Made by a program: the position numbers and the translations under genes | Shown: in pieces, positions 50,862 to 60,792 of the stretch | Position numbering within the stretch: the first letter of the stretch is position 1 | How the letters are laid out: each line of letters opens with the position of its first letter | Notes under the pieces: model-generated | What the model was told of the DNA's origin: nothing | The model's database searches: none | The model's input: only the letters and a program-made list of their open reading frames with translations | Origin: OCS155 cluster bacterium AG-333-G23 | Lineage (GTDB): Bacteria > Actinomycetota > Acidimicrobiia > Actinomarinales > Actinomarinaceae | Assembly (NCBI GenBank): GCA_003282445.1 | Contig: QBZE01000002.1 | Coordinates: forward strand, 8,752 to 72,751 | Direction of reading: 5' to 3' | DNA: 64,000 nucleotides

Positions 50862-51212
50862 CTATTTATTTTGTCTAGAGCTATCTTTATTTCTTAATAG
50901 ATTAAAAATTTGCTTAAAATTCCACTCAGTAATATTTTCAGCTTTAAGAAGTGCTCTTGTATTGGTTACAAAGACGTATCCAGATAATGCCATTAATACA
51001 AAACCTATAACAGCAACAACTGGTTGTATAATATATGATCCAATCATCATAAAAAATCCAACTATGAATACAATTCCCGAAATAATTGATCTACTTCTTG
51101 AAAAATTGGAAAGCGTTAAAGATTCTACAGCTTTTTCAAGTTTTGGATCATCTTCGCTTAAACCCATCTCAATTTGTTTTAATATTTCTTCTTCTTTTTT
51201 ATTCAAACCCAT
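50862..51212 (-). CDS. DUF3040 domain-containing membrane protein
   Basis: 116 aa. 'LNKKEEEILKQIEMGLSEDDPKL' (the L-S-x-x-E-x-x-x-L-x-x-I-E-x-x-L block of DUF3040) followed by two TM helices. DUF3040 is typically found upstream of mraZ in Actinobacteria. Confidence 0.65.
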   Translation of the reverse strand: MGLNKKEEEILKQIEMGLSEDDPKLEKAVESLTLSNFSRSRSIISGIVFIVGFFMMIGSYIIQPVVAVIGFVLMALSGYVFVTNTRALLKAENITEWNFKQIFNLLRNKDSSRQNK

Positions 51213-51250
51213 ATGAAGATTTTAATATAATTAGAAACTACGCTGTAATT

Positions 51251-51805
51251 GTGAGCAAATTATTTTTAAGACATGGAGAAGTAAAAAATAGCAAAGATAT
51301 TTTTTATGGTGATTTAGTTGGTTATCAATTAAGTGATAAAGGACATGAGCAGGCAATAAAAGCATCCAGGTACATTGCTAATAATTTTGATATTGAAAAT
51401 ATTTATTGTTCACCTCTTCTTAGAGCAAGGCAAACTGCAGAGCCCTTATCAAGATTATTAAATATAAAAGTGACCTATACAAAGAATCTAATTGAATGGG
51501 GTGGGGTAAAAAATTGGAAAGGAAGAACATTTAGTGAATTTAGTAAATCAAAAGAATATAAATTATATATAGAAGACCCATTAAAAATTAAAACAACTGA
51601 AGAGAGTTATAATGATGTCTACAAGAGAGTGAAAAAAGAATATATGAATACTAACAACTCTGTTTTTGTTAGCCACCAAGATACTATAAGATCATTTACA
51701 TTTTACGAATTAGACGATAAAAACTTTAACGAAAACAAACCTGATCATTGCAGTGTTCATGAAATAATAAAAAATAAACTTATTATTCATACCTACCTTG
51801 ATTAA
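51251..51805 (+). CDS. Histidine phosphatase (phosphoglycerate mutase-like) family protein. Start placed at GTG 51251 ('MSKLFLRHGE...'). The track ORF start at 51086 would overlap the DUF3040 gene on the opposite strand by about 127 nt.
   Basis: 'LFLRHGEV' RHG catalytic motif a few residues from the proposed start, typical of this family. 'SPLLRARQTAEP'. A downstream catalytic His is expected. Confidence 0.6.
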   Translation: MSKLFLRHGEVKNSKDIFYGDLVGYQLSDKGHEQAIKASRYIANNFDIENIYCSPLLRARQTAEPLSRLLNIKVTYTKNLIEWGGVKNWKGRTFSEFSKSKEYKLYIEDPLKIKTTEESYNDVYKRVKKEYMNTNNSVFVSHQDTIRSFTFYELDDKNFNENKPDHCSVHEIIKNKLIIHTYLD

Positions 51806-52017
51806 GTGAGTATATAATAAAGAATTATTAAACTTAATCCAAAAGAACCACAAAAAGCAACTATGCCAATAATTGGTTCAAAAGATTTTAAAAATTTAGT
51901 TTCAACTTTTTCTAAATACAAATCAACAAGTTTCTTACTAATAACGAAAGAGATGAATCCCGCAAAAATAAAATAAACAAAACTCATTATTGATAGCCAG
52001 GGGTTAACAAAATTCAT
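51802..52017 (-). CDS. Small hypothetical membrane protein (2 TM)
   Basis: 71 aa hydrophobic ORF. No family recognised. Confidence 0.3.
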   Translation of the reverse strand: MNFVNPWLSIMSFVYFIFAGFISFVISKKLVDLYLEKVETKFLKSFEPIIGIVAFCGSFGLSLIILYYILT

Positions 52018-52040
52018 ACTAAGGTAAACTTAATATCCAT

Positions 52041-52274
52041 ATGATATTTAGCAAGAAAACTAAATTAATTTTTTATTTGTTAGTTGTTAGTTTCTCAACA
52101 TATATTGGTTATATACTTGGAAATGCTTTTTGCGTTGATAATTGTTCTCTTACATTAATTTCAAATATATTAATTACGAATATTATTACTCTGTCAGGGG
52201 TTTTTGTTTTAATTAATTTATCGGAAAAATCAATTACGGAATGGAATGAAGAAAATAGTTACGAAGAAGAATAG
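52041..52274 (+). CDS. Small hypothetical membrane protein (2 TM, acidic C-terminus)
   Basis: 77 aa ORF divergent from the previous one. 16-nt convergent overlap with ltaE. Confidence 0.3.
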   Translation: MIFSKKTKLIFYLLVVSFSTYIGYILGNAFCVDNCSLTLISNILITNIITLSGVFVLINLSEKSITEWNEENSYEEE

Positions 52275-53284
52275 TTAACATTCTCTACTATTTTGTCTAA
52301 ATCTTTTTCATTTACATCTTTATGTAACACTATTCTTACAATATTTTTTTTAATCAGTCCTGTTTTAATGTTATTTTCTTCAAGTTTCTCTATGAATTTA
52401 TTAGCTGAAGAATTGTCTTCAAAACTTAAAAATATCATATTTGTACCTTTGTATTCAATCTCATGGATTGGATCCATTTTTTCTCTATTTTCAATAAGCT
52501 TTTTATATATGTATTGAGCTTTTTGATGGTCTTTAAGTAGCTCTTCTCTATGAATTAAAGCAAATTTCGCTGCAGAAGCAATAATACCAATCTGTCTCAT
52601 TCCTCCCCCAAGTTTTTTTCTATATTCTCTTGAATTCTCTATAAAATCTTTGGTGCCAAGCAACATTGAGCCTATTGGTGCACCTAACGCTTTAGAGAAA
52701 CAAAAAGTGAGACTATCACAATACTTTCCGTAGTCATAACCTTTGTTTTCCTCTAAGATAGCATGCCAAACTCTTGCTCCATCAATATGTAGTTTTAAAT
52801 TACTTTCTTTTGCTATAGAAGAAATTGATTTGATTTTATCAAAGGGAACAATACTCCCCCCTGAGGCAAGATGTGTGTTTTCTATACTAATTAATGATAT
52901 TTTCGGTTTGTGTACTTTTGAATTCTCAAGTGTTTGATTTAAATCTTCCTCACTAATCAGGCCATCTACATTATCAACATCCCTGAATTGTATACGGGAC
53001 AAAAATGATGCGGCTCCGTGTTCATAATTCTTTATATGAGAATCGGAAGTTGTAATTACTTCTTCACCAGGGTTTGTATGATTGAGTAAAGATATCTGAT
53101 TTCCCATTGTGCCTGAACTAACAAATAAGCCAGCTTCAAATCCTAAAAGTTCTGCACAAAAATTTTCTAAGTCATTTACAGTTGGATCTTCTTTATATTC
53201 ATCATCCCCTACTTCAGATTCAAGTATTACATTTAACATTTCTTTTGAGGGCTTGGTAACTGTATCTGAACGTAAATCTATCAT
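52259..53284 (-). CDS. ltaE: Low-specificity L-threonine aldolase
   Basis: 341 aa. 'IDLRSDTVTKP' N-terminus and a PLP-lysine region typical of the beta-eliminating lyase / threonine aldolase family. Confidence 0.85.
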   Translation of the reverse strand: MIDLRSDTVTKPSKEMLNVILESEVGDDEYKEDPTVNDLENFCAELLGFEAGLFVSSGTMGNQISLLNHTNPGEEVITTSDSHIKNYEHGAASFLSRIQFRDVDNVDGLISEEDLNQTLENSKVHKPKISLISIENTHLASGGSIVPFDKIKSISSIAKESNLKLHIDGARVWHAILEENKGYDYGKYCDSLTFCFSKALGAPIGSMLLGTKDFIENSREYRKKLGGGMRQIGIIASAAKFALIHREELLKDHQKAQYIYKKLIENREKMDPIHEIEYKGTNMIFLSFEDNSSANKFIEKLEENNIKTGLIKKNIVRIVLHKDVNEKDLDKIVENVNYSSS

Positions 53285-53309
53285 ATGCTATTCTATCATT
53301 CTTAAATGC

Positions 53310-54002
53310 TCATTTAAAAAAATGATCAACCTGCGATATATAATCTTCAGTTGATGATTCTCTAATGATATAAATTAATTCAATGTCGTTAAAAATTATT
53401 TTGTTTTCTAATGCTAAATCTTTATTCAAACATAAACTAATAGATCCTTTTGGATTTTTTATTTCTTTATATATATCTCTAGTCTTGTAAATCTCTTTAA
53501 TTGAACCTAGCCATTGATTAATACCAATAGAATACTTTTTCATTAATTTAATATTTTCATTTGAGTTACCACCTAAAAATAGACTTCTACTATCTTTCGA
53601 TAATTCAAAATTCTCAAATAAGTAACCAATGACTTCTTCTAAGCTATTTGAATAATTTGGTAAATTTTCTTGATATTTATTATCACCTATCCCAAGTCCT
53701 AATTTAAAGTTATCAATCTCTAAAAAGGGGTTTAAATATTTTGTAATTAAACTATCAAGTTTTCTTTTATTTATATTTAATACTGCAGTGCCAATATTGA
53801 AATTTCTATCTTCATAATTTTGTAAAAAGCTTACTGCATTTTTTATTTCATACATAGGTAATTTAAAATCAACTGGATTAACAGTATGATCAAAAACATA
53901 TACTGTATGGAGATTTTTTAAATTTAAATAATTTAATTTGTATTGGCTATCTTTTTCAAAAAATGAACCAGGCAGTAGGATAGATTTCTTTTGATTACTC
54001 AT
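53310..54002 (-). CDS. Hypothetical protein, possibly a divergent and short member of the luciferase-like monooxygenase (LLM, flavin/F420-dependent) family
   Basis: 230 aa. 'HTVYVFDH' and 'FKLGLGIGDN' loosely resemble the LLM 'SVWVSDH' and 'LGLGAG' blocks. Weak and tentative. Confidence 0.35.
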   Translation of the reverse strand: MSNQKKSILLPGSFFEKDSQYKLNYLNLKNLHTVYVFDHTVNPVDFKLPMYEIKNAVSFLQNYEDRNFNIGTAVLNINKRKLDSLITKYLNPFLEIDNFKLGLGIGDNKYQENLPNYSNSLEEVIGYLFENFELSKDSRSLFLGGNSNENIKLMKKYSIGINQWLGSIKEIYKTRDIYKEIKNPKGSISLCLNKDLALENKIIFNDIELIYIIRESSTEDYISQVDHFFK

Positions 54003-54903
54003 TCAAAGCAAGAATTGTTGCACCAATTATTCCAGAATCTTCTCCTTGCGAAGCAATAAATATCTCAGGAAAATTTCTAGATGGAAATTTGTATCTATTC
54101 TTTATATCGCTCTGTATAAGCTCAATTAAATCATAAGGTTCAGACGACATACTTCCCCCAAGAACAAAAGCTTCATTATCGAATATCTCAAATAAACTTA
54201 AAAGTCCATTTGAGATATTTTGAATTACTTCATCTCTTACAGCAGTTTCTGAGTTTGTTAAGCTCAGTGTTTTATCAAACAGAACTGAACCAACATTTTT
54301 GATAGCAAATATTTTGGCAAGTTCTGAATCTTGATTTTCCTTAGTTAGTTCTAAACATTTGTTTGTCCATACTGATGCAGCAACTGATGATTCAAAACTA
54401 CCTTTTTTTCCGTTAACCCCTTCGACTTCTCTATCATTTGAGGTAAGCATGTGTCCAATCTCTCCTGCATTACCTTTTCCTCTTAATAATTTATTTTCAG
54501 ATATTATTCCCCCACCTACTCCAGTACCAAAAGTTAACATAATTAAATTTGAATATTTGTTTTTATAATTTAGAAAGTATTCACAATAAGCTGCCACATT
54601 GGCATCATTGTCTAGATAAAATTCGTACTCTGGAAATTTTGATAACTTTGAAAAATCAATATCATATTTTAAATGTGCGCCGTACAAATATTTGTTGTTT
54701 GATAAATTTACGTATCCTGGCATAGCTACTGAAACTTTTGAAATATCTGATAAGTTGTCTTCAATAATTTTAGAAAATAAATCAATTAATTTTTCTTCGT
54801 TTTCTGGAGTGGGAAAGTTGTCTTTGCTGATTATTTCTAAAGTATCAGAGACTAAACCATATTTAATGGAAGTACCGCCGACATCAAATGCTAAAACATT
54901 CAT
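53995..54903 (-). CDS. ROK-family sugar kinase (probable glucokinase)
   Basis: 302 aa. 'AFDVGGTSIKYGL' ATPase N-motif, 'GTGVGGGII' and a His/Cys-poor ROK signature region. Confidence 0.8.
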   Translation of the reverse strand: MNVLAFDVGGTSIKYGLVSDTLEIISKDNFPTPENEEKLIDLFSKIIEDNLSDISKVSVAMPGYVNLSNNKYLYGAHLKYDIDFSKLSKFPEYEFYLDNDANVAAYCEYFLNYKNKYSNLIMLTFGTGVGGGIISENKLLRGKGNAGEIGHMLTSNDREVEGVNGKKGSFESSVAASVWTNKCLELTKENQDSELAKIFAIKNVGSVLFDKTLSLTNSETAVRDEVIQNISNGLLSLFEIFDNEAFVLGGSMSSEPYDLIELIQSDIKNRYKFPSRNFPEIFIASQGEDSGIIGATILALNE

Positions 54904-55670
54904 ATATCTATTGATGATAATTCTAAATAATGATTATTTGCTCTAAAATATCCCACATTCATACAAATAGTTTTGCCTATAATCCACTCAGTAGCTTTTG
55001 GTTGATGTACGTCTCCGAATAGAGAAAGTTTAGGTTGATGGATACGAATAAATTTATTTAAGCTTTCCCAACCTTGTTCTTTTTTATTTGTAATTACATC
55101 AATAATTAATTCATCAACTAGTGGAGGAGCATGTGTACATATAATATCAACATCAATTAATTTATTTAATTTAACTTCAAAATCTTCTTCTGATATTTCA
55201 CCTCTGGCTTTTATTGGTGTTGGAACACCACCTCCAGCAAAACCTATCTTGTTATCTTTATATTTAAGAATTTGACCATCAACATTAGTTACATTACTCG
55301 TTTTTACTGATTCAAATATTTTGAGAGAATCAACATTTCCTGGAATCATCCATACTTCATAATCTTTTAAAACATCAAATACATCTATGTATTGTCTTTC
55401 TATTGCATCTTCTATTTTTTGCTGTTTTCCTTCTGGATCATCTAAAAAAAGATCCTGCCATAAATTTTTTCTTTCGTCAAAATTATGGTCTTTTCTAAGT
55501 TCAATAAGTCTATTTAAATTAGCATCTCCAAAAACATCCTTGGCTATTCCATCCCCATTCCTATAATCAATCCAGTTAATTAAATCTCCTAATATAACTA
55601 ATGGCTCTTTAGTTTTTGGAAGAAGTTTTAACGAATCTAAACCGTGATGTACATCAGAAATAAATAGCAT
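54900..55670 (-). CDS. Metallophosphoesterase (calcineurin-like)
   Basis: 256 aa. 'FISDVHHG', 'ILGDLIN', 'GNVD', 'CTHAPP' and 'GDVH' correspond to the MPE motifs D-x-H, G-D-x-x-D, G-N-H/D, H, G-H. Confidence 0.7.
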   Translation of the reverse strand: MLFISDVHHGLDSLKLLPKTKEPLVILGDLINWIDYRNGDGIAKDVFGDANLNRLIELRKDHNFDERKNLWQDLFLDDPEGKQQKIEDAIERQYIDVFDVLKDYEVWMIPGNVDSLKIFESVKTSNVTNVDGQILKYKDNKIGFAGGGVPTPIKARGEISEEDFEVKLNKLIDVDIICTHAPPLVDELIIDVITNKKEQGWESLNKFIRIHQPKLSLFGDVHQPKATEWIIGKTICMNVGYFRANNHYLELSSIDI

Positions 55671-55679
55671 GTATAATAA

Positions 55680-57341
55680 CTAACCTGTTACAGCTCCCCT
55701 ATCAGCACCTGTAACTAATTTAGAATATTTATTTAGAACTCCAGAATTGTACCTTGGTTCAGGGTTGCTATATTTTTTTAATCTTTTTTCTATTTCGTCT
55801 TCATCAACATTTAGATTTAGTTGCCTTTTTTTTAAGTCCAAGCTTATTTCATCACCAGTTTCACAAATTGCAATCGGTCCATTATCGAAACTTTCAGGAG
55901 TAACATGTCCAATGCATAAACCCGTCGTCCCCCCAGAGAATCTGCCGTCTGTGATGAGTAATACGTCTTTACCTAGACCTGCTCCTTTCATCGCGGCAGT
56001 TATTTGTAACATTTCTCTCATTCCAGGCCCACCTTTTGGCCCTTCATTTCTAATTACAACAACCTCACCTTTCTTAATTTTGTTATTAAAAAGAGCATCC
56101 AATGCCTCTTGCTCACTGTCAAAAACATTTGCTGGTCCTTTGAATGTATCAATTTCTATACCTGCAACTTTTACAACTGATCCATTAGGTGATAGAGATC
56201 CTCTTAATATTGCTAGACCTCCCTCTTTAGAAATTGGATTATCCGGAAAATAAACAACATCTTGATCTTTAGGTACTTCAATATCCTCTAAATTTTCTCC
56301 GACTGTTTTTCCAGTCACCGTCATACAATTTGGATCTATTAATTTATTCTCAAGTAGTATTTTTGACACAACAGGTACTCCGCCAATCTTATCAAGGTCA
56401 ACCATATGATATTTTCCAAATGGTTTCATATCTGCAAGGTGTGGAACTTTTCTTGCAAGTTCATCAAATACATCGATAGTCAAATCAACTTTTGCTTCAT
56501 AAGCAATAGCCAGCAAGTGCAATACTGCATTTGTACTTCCTCCAAGAGACAAGACTGTAGTTATTGCATTATGAAAAGCTTCTTTAGTCATTATATCTCT
56601 AGGTTTTAAATCATTTTTTAACAAATAATTTAGCTGATCTCCTGTTTCCTTAGCTGCTTTTCTCAATCTCGGGTCTTCAGCTTGTATAGAAGCTGTTCCT
56701 GGAAGACTCATGCCAATAGCTTCACCAACTGAAGCCATTGTATTAGCTGTGAACATCCCTGCACAAGACCCTTGCCCAGGACAAGCTGCACATTCTATTT
56801 CATATAGTTCCTCTTCTGTAATTAAGCCTTTTTCCAATGCACCGATTCCTTCAAATACATCGACTATAGATATGTCTTTACCTTTATACTCACCCGGTAA
56901 GCTACTTCCTCCATAAAGAAATATGGATGGCCTATTTATGCGTGCTGAAGCCATCAACATTCCAGGTAAAGATTTATCACAACCAGCTATCGTTACCATC
57001 CCATCAAATCTTTCTGCATGCATTACTAACTCTACGGAGTCAGCAATTACCTCACGAGATACTAAAGATGCTCTCATTCCCTCGTGCCCCATTGATATAC
57101 CGTCTGAGACAGCTATCGTTGAAAAAATCAATCCAGCAGAAACATCTCCATTAACACCTTCTTTTGCATATTCTGAAAGTTCTGGACCAGTTAGATTACA
57201 TGGTGTAACCTCATTTCCTGCAGAAACTATACCAACTTGAAACTTTTGAAAATCTTCATCTTTAAGCCCAACTGCTCTTAGCATTGCACGAGCAGCTGAC
57301 TTTTCTACTCCTTGTGTAACATCATCTGAAAATTTAACCAT
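55680..57341 (-). CDS. ilvD: Dihydroxy-acid dehydratase
   Basis: 553 aa. 'CDKSLPGM' Fe-S Cys and '[12 protein letters not shown]' C-terminal motif. IlvD/EDD family. Confidence 0.95.
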   Translation of the reverse strand: MVKFSDDVTQGVEKSAARAMLRAVGLKDEDFQKFQVGIVSAGNEVTPCNLTGPELSEYAKEGVNGDVSAGLIFSTIAVSDGISMGHEGMRASLVSREVIADSVELVMHAERFDGMVTIAGCDKSLPGMLMASARINRPSIFLYGGSSLPGEYKGKDISIVDVFEGIGALEKGLITEEELYEIECAACPGQGSCAGMFTANTMASVGEAIGMSLPGTASIQAEDPRLRKAAKETGDQLNYLLKNDLKPRDIMTKEAFHNAITTVLSLGGSTNAVLHLLAIAYEAKVDLTIDVFDELARKVPHLADMKPFGKYHMVDLDKIGGVPVVSKILLENKLIDPNCMTVTGKTVGENLEDIEVPKDQDVVYFPDNPISKEGGLAILRGSLSPNGSVVKVAGIEIDTFKGPANVFDSEQEALDALFNNKIKKGEVVVIRNEGPKGGPGMREMLQITAAMKGAGLGKDVLLITDGRFSGGTTGLCIGHVTPESFDNGPIAICETGDEISLDLKKRQLNLNVDEDEIEKRLKKYSNPEPRYNSGVLNKYSKLVTGADRGAVTG

Positions 57342-57355
57342 AGATTAAGGATAGA

Positions 57356-58459
57356 TTATTTGTTTGAGTAAATCATTTCATTTAATCTTTGATACTCCTG
57401 CAAAATCATTTCACTTTTCTCATTTTTAATATCTAAATATTGACTTACGATTTCAAACTCACCTATCTTCCATAATCCCCAAATGGTATAAAACCTTACA
57501 AGTTCAGATTGTGATTTTAATAAACTTATTAATACCTCTCTAGTATCACTAGATGGATTATTAGCTAGAGCGATGATTGCATTTCTTTTTAGGTAATCGC
57601 CATTTCTTTTTGGAATATAAAACCAATTATATAATTCGACCAACTCTTGGCTTTCGCTATTAAGTATTTGGTTGAGGTCAACTGAGGTATCAGTATTAAA
57701 ATTTTTTATACCTCCTTGACCTGGAGGACAGGATATAAGACATTCATCACAACCATAAAACCTGTTACCAATTTTCTCTCTCATGTCATGTGGAATGATG
57801 TCAGGTGATTGTAGCCAATACGAAATACACTTATTTGAGTCTAAAATAAAATCATCATCTAATGCTCCGGTTGGACATGAAATCTGACAAAGGTTGCAGC
57901 TTCCGCATGAATAATCTTTTTTAACCTCTACATCAAATTTTTTTTCTACATATATATTTCCAATTAATTGCCAGGGGCCCTTGCCTGGAGAGAGCATCAT
58001 TGTGCTTTTTCCTTGCCAACCTAAACCTGATTGTTCAAAAAATAATCGATCATAATGCTTAGGATTATCAATAAACTCTTCTGTTCTTAAATTTTCTTTT
58101 TTAAAATGTTCCTTAATTAAGTTAACAAATTCTTTCAATGGTACGTAATAGTCTTCTTTTGCAAATTTAGCTATTGATCCCCTGCCGGGTGAAAATCCTA
58201 AGTTTGAGTTATTTTCACTTATATATGAATATGAGACAATGATGCAGGATTCAGCCCAATCAAATTTATCTCCTAATCCTGAATAATTTGGATCAGAGAA
58301 GGTAAATTTCATATTTGCATGTCTGTTTTCTTCTTTTGCTTTGTTTATTTCTAATGATTTATTTATTTGTGAAGGGAGGCTAACTACAGATACATTAATC
58401 CCATTAGGTATGTCTATATCATTTTTAGATAAATAATTTAATAGATTTATATCTTTCAT
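57356..58459 (-). CDS. queG: tRNA epoxyqueuosine(34) reductase
   Basis: 367 aa. Two 4Fe-4S motifs ('CGSCNLCQISCP', 'CDECLISCPPG') and a C-terminal HEAT-like region. 'GWQGKST' core. Confidence 0.8.
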   Translation of the reverse strand: MKDINLLNYLSKNDIDIPNGINVSVVSLPSQINKSLEINKAKEENRHANMKFTFSDPNYSGLGDKFDWAESCIIVSYSYISENNSNLGFSPGRGSIAKFAKEDYYVPLKEFVNLIKEHFKKENLRTEEFIDNPKHYDRLFFEQSGLGWQGKSTMMLSPGKGPWQLIGNIYVEKKFDVEVKKDYSCGSCNLCQISCPTGALDDDFILDSNKCISYWLQSPDIIPHDMREKIGNRFYGCDECLISCPPGQGGIKNFNTDTSVDLNQILNSESQELVELYNWFYIPKRNGDYLKRNAIIALANNPSSDTREVLISLLKSQSELVRFYTIWGLWKIGEFEIVSQYLDIKNEKSEMILQEYQRLNEMIYSNK

Positions 58460-58489
58460 TTCTATCAGGTTTTACTATAGTTAAGTCTA

Positions 58490-58540
58490 ATGAAAAAATT
58501 AGAAATCTTAATTACTTTATTAGTGCTAGTGCTTATGTAG
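58490..58540 (+). CDS. Putative ilv leader peptide MKKLEILITLLVLVLM (branched-chain amino-acid rich)
   Basis: 16-codon ORF, of which 10 are Leu/Ile/Val. It sits between queG and ilvB and is followed by hairpins including a terminator. A possible -10 'TATAGT' lies 8 nt upstream, suggesting a leaderless transcript. Confidence 0.45.
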   Translation: MKKLEILITLLVLVLM

Positions 58541-58563
58541 CGCTCATTAGTATGTATTGAGCG

Positions 58564-58591
58564 CCTCCTTAAACTAAGGAGGTTTTTTTTT
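58564..58591 (+). terminator. Rho-independent terminator / attenuator hairpin upstream of ilvB
   Basis: CCTCCTT-aaact-AAGGAGG stem (7 bp) followed by 9 T residues. The 3' arm is also the ilvB Shine-Dalgarno sequence. Confidence 0.55.
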
Positions 58592-58595
58592 GAGG

Positions 58596-60314
58596 ATGGA
58601 TATGACAAAAGAAATGTTAACTGGAGCAGAATTAATAGTTAGAACCCTTGAACACTTAAAAATTTCAACGGTTTTTGGACTCCCGGGTGGTGCAATATTG
58701 CCTGCTTATGATCCTTTGTATGACAGCCCTATAAGACACATCTTAGCAAGACATGAGCAAGGTGCTGGCCATATGGCGGAAGGCTATGCACAAGCTACTG
58801 GAGAACTTGGAGTAGTAATAGCAACCTCCGGACCTGGTGCAACAAACTTAATAACATCATTGAACAATGCTTTAATGGACTCGACCCCCTTACTTGCCAT
58901 AACTGGACAAGTTGCAACAGAAGCAATAGGTAATGATGCTTTCCAGGAAGCTTACACAGTTGGTTTAACCATCTCAGCAACAAAACATAATTATCTAATT
59001 ACTGATGTGAAAGAAATACCTCAGATACTTCTTGAAGCTAAGCATATTGCAACTTCAGGTAGGCCTGGTCCTGTTTTAGTCGACATTCCTAAAGATATTT
59101 TGAATGACAAAACAAGTTGGGTAGAACCTAAGTTAGAAGAACTACCAGGTTATAAACCAACTTTAGAAGCAAACCCTAGAATGATTCAACAAGCAGTTGA
59201 GTTAATAAAAAATTCTAAAAAACCAATTCTATATGTTGGTGGAGGGATAATACATTCAAAAGCCAACCAAGAGCTGTTTGAGTTATCTACAAAATATAAT
59301 ATACCTGTAGTTACAACTCTTATGGGTAGAGGAGCTTTCCCGGATGGGAATGACTTATGTATAGGAATGCCTGGTATGCATGGTAATTATACAGCTACTA
59401 CCTCTATACAGAATTCTGACTTACTTATTGCTTTAGGAGTTAGGTTTGATGACCGAGTAACTGCAAATCCTAAATTTTTTGCTCAAAAGGCTAAGGTCAT
59501 TCATGCTGACATAGATCCAGCTGAAATAGGGAAAGTAAGAGAGCCAGAGGTTCCTATTGTTGGAGATGCAAAAAGTGTAATTAAAGGTTTAATTGAAACT
59601 TTAGCTGATACAGAAGTAGATACAAAAGATTGGCTTAAAGAAATAAAAGAAATGAAAAAAAGTTATCCTTTAAGTTATAACCAAGAAGAAAAAGGTCCGC
59701 TTAAAGTTCCATATGTTCTAGAAGAACTACAAAAAATGTCAGAAGAAGATTCCATAGTTGTTTCTGGAGTTGGCCAACACCAAATGTGGATTTCTCTTCA
59801 TTGGAAATTTACCTACCCCAACACTTGGTTAAATTCAGGAGGATTAGGAACAATGGGATATTCACTTCCAGCAGCAATTGGAGCAAAAGTTGCATTTCCA
59901 GATAAGCAAGTTCTTGCTCTAGATGGAGATGGTTGTTTCCAAATGACTTGCCAAGAATTAATTACTGCCTCAACTGAAAATATACCTTTAAAGATAGTAG
60001 TTTTTAACAATGGAAATCATGGCATGGTAAGGCAGTGGCAAAAAATATTTTATGATCATAGATTCTCGGCATCTGAACTAACTCATCATACGCCAGATTA
60101 TGTAGCTCTTGCTGAAGCTATGGGAGCAGTTGGGCTTAGGATGGTTGAAAAATCGGATGTTAATAGAGTGTTCGAAGAAATGTTCAAAGTTAATGACAGG
60201 CCTGTACTAGTTGATTGTGTTGTAGATCCCGATGATATGGTCTTCCCAATGGTTCCTGCAGGCGGTAGTAATGATGTAGTACTTTTAAATGAAGATGACT
60301 TGAAGAAAATATGA
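58596..60314 (+). CDS. ilvB: Acetolactate synthase large subunit. Start uncertain: ATG at 58596 or 58602; the track uses TTG at 58590, which lies inside the T-run.
   Basis: TPP-enzyme motifs 'GLPGGAILP' and 'GDGCFQM...NN' (GDG-x24-NN). Confidence 0.9.
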   Translation: MDMTKEMLTGAELIVRTLEHLKISTVFGLPGGAILPAYDPLYDSPIRHILARHEQGAGHMAEGYAQATGELGVVIATSGPGATNLITSLNNALMDSTPLLAITGQVATEAIGNDAFQEAYTVGLTISATKHNYLITDVKEIPQILLEAKHIATSGRPGPVLVDIPKDILNDKTSWVEPKLEELPGYKPTLEANPRMIQQAVELIKNSKKPILYVGGGIIHSKANQELFELSTKYNIPVVTTLMGRGAFPDGNDLCIGMPGMHGNYTATTSIQNSDLLIALGVRFDDRVTANPKFFAQKAKVIHADIDPAEIGKVREPEVPIVGDAKSVIKGLIETLADTEVDTKDWLKEIKEMKKSYPLSYNQEEKGPLKVPYVLEELQKMSEEDSIVVSGVGQHQMWISLHWKFTYPNTWLNSGGLGTMGYSLPAAIGAKVAFPDKQVLALDGDGCFQMTCQELITASTENIPLKIVVFNNGNHGMVRQWQKIFYDHRFSASELTHHTPDYVALAEAMGAVGLRMVEKSDVNRVFEEMFKVNDRPVLVDCVVDPDDMVFPMVPAGGSNDVVLLNEDDLKKI

Positions 60315-60784
60315 GTGAAAGAATCCTAAGCGTTCTAGTTGAAGATAAGCCAGGAGTATTAGCTAGGGTTGCATTAACTATTTCTAGAAGAGGATTCAAT
60401 ATTAATTCTTTATCTGTGGGGCCAACAAATATTGAAGGTAGATCAAAGATGACGATAGTTACAGAACTTGAGTCAGTAGAGCAAGTAAAAAAACAATTAA
60501 ACAAGCTAGTAAATGTAATAAAAATTGTTGAATTAGATCCAGATAATACTATTGAATCTGAAGTTTTACTTATGAAAGTATCAATTAACAAAGAAACTCA
60601 AACATCTGTTATTGAAAAAGCTTCTTTATCAGGAGCAAAATCGGTTGATGTAGGTCAGGACTACGCAGTTTTTGAATTAACAGGAACATCGAAAGAGCTC
60701 ATGAAATTTGAAAAACTTTTAAAACCATATGGAATTATAGAAATGATAAGAGGTGGAAGAATAGCCATCCAAACAAAACTTTAG
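60311..60784 (+). CDS. ilvN: Acetolactate synthase small (regulatory) subunit
   Basis: 157 aa. N-terminal ACT domain '[27 protein letters not shown]'. Confidence 0.9.
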   Translation: MSERILSVLVEDKPGVLARVALTISRRGFNINSLSVGPTNIEGRSKMTIVTELESVEQVKKQLNKLVNVIKIVELDPDNTIESEVLLMKVSINKETQTSVIEKASLSGAKSVDVGQDYAVFELTGTSKELMKFEKLLKPYGIIEMIRGGRIAIQTKL

Positions 60785-60792
60785 GAGGAAAA

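Noticed and set aside
51086-51250. N-terminal 55 codons of the track ORF 51086..51805
   Set aside because: They would overlap the DUF3040 gene on the other strand by about 127 nt. The histidine phosphatase RHG motif sits right after a GTG at 51251, which is the typical position relative to the true start.
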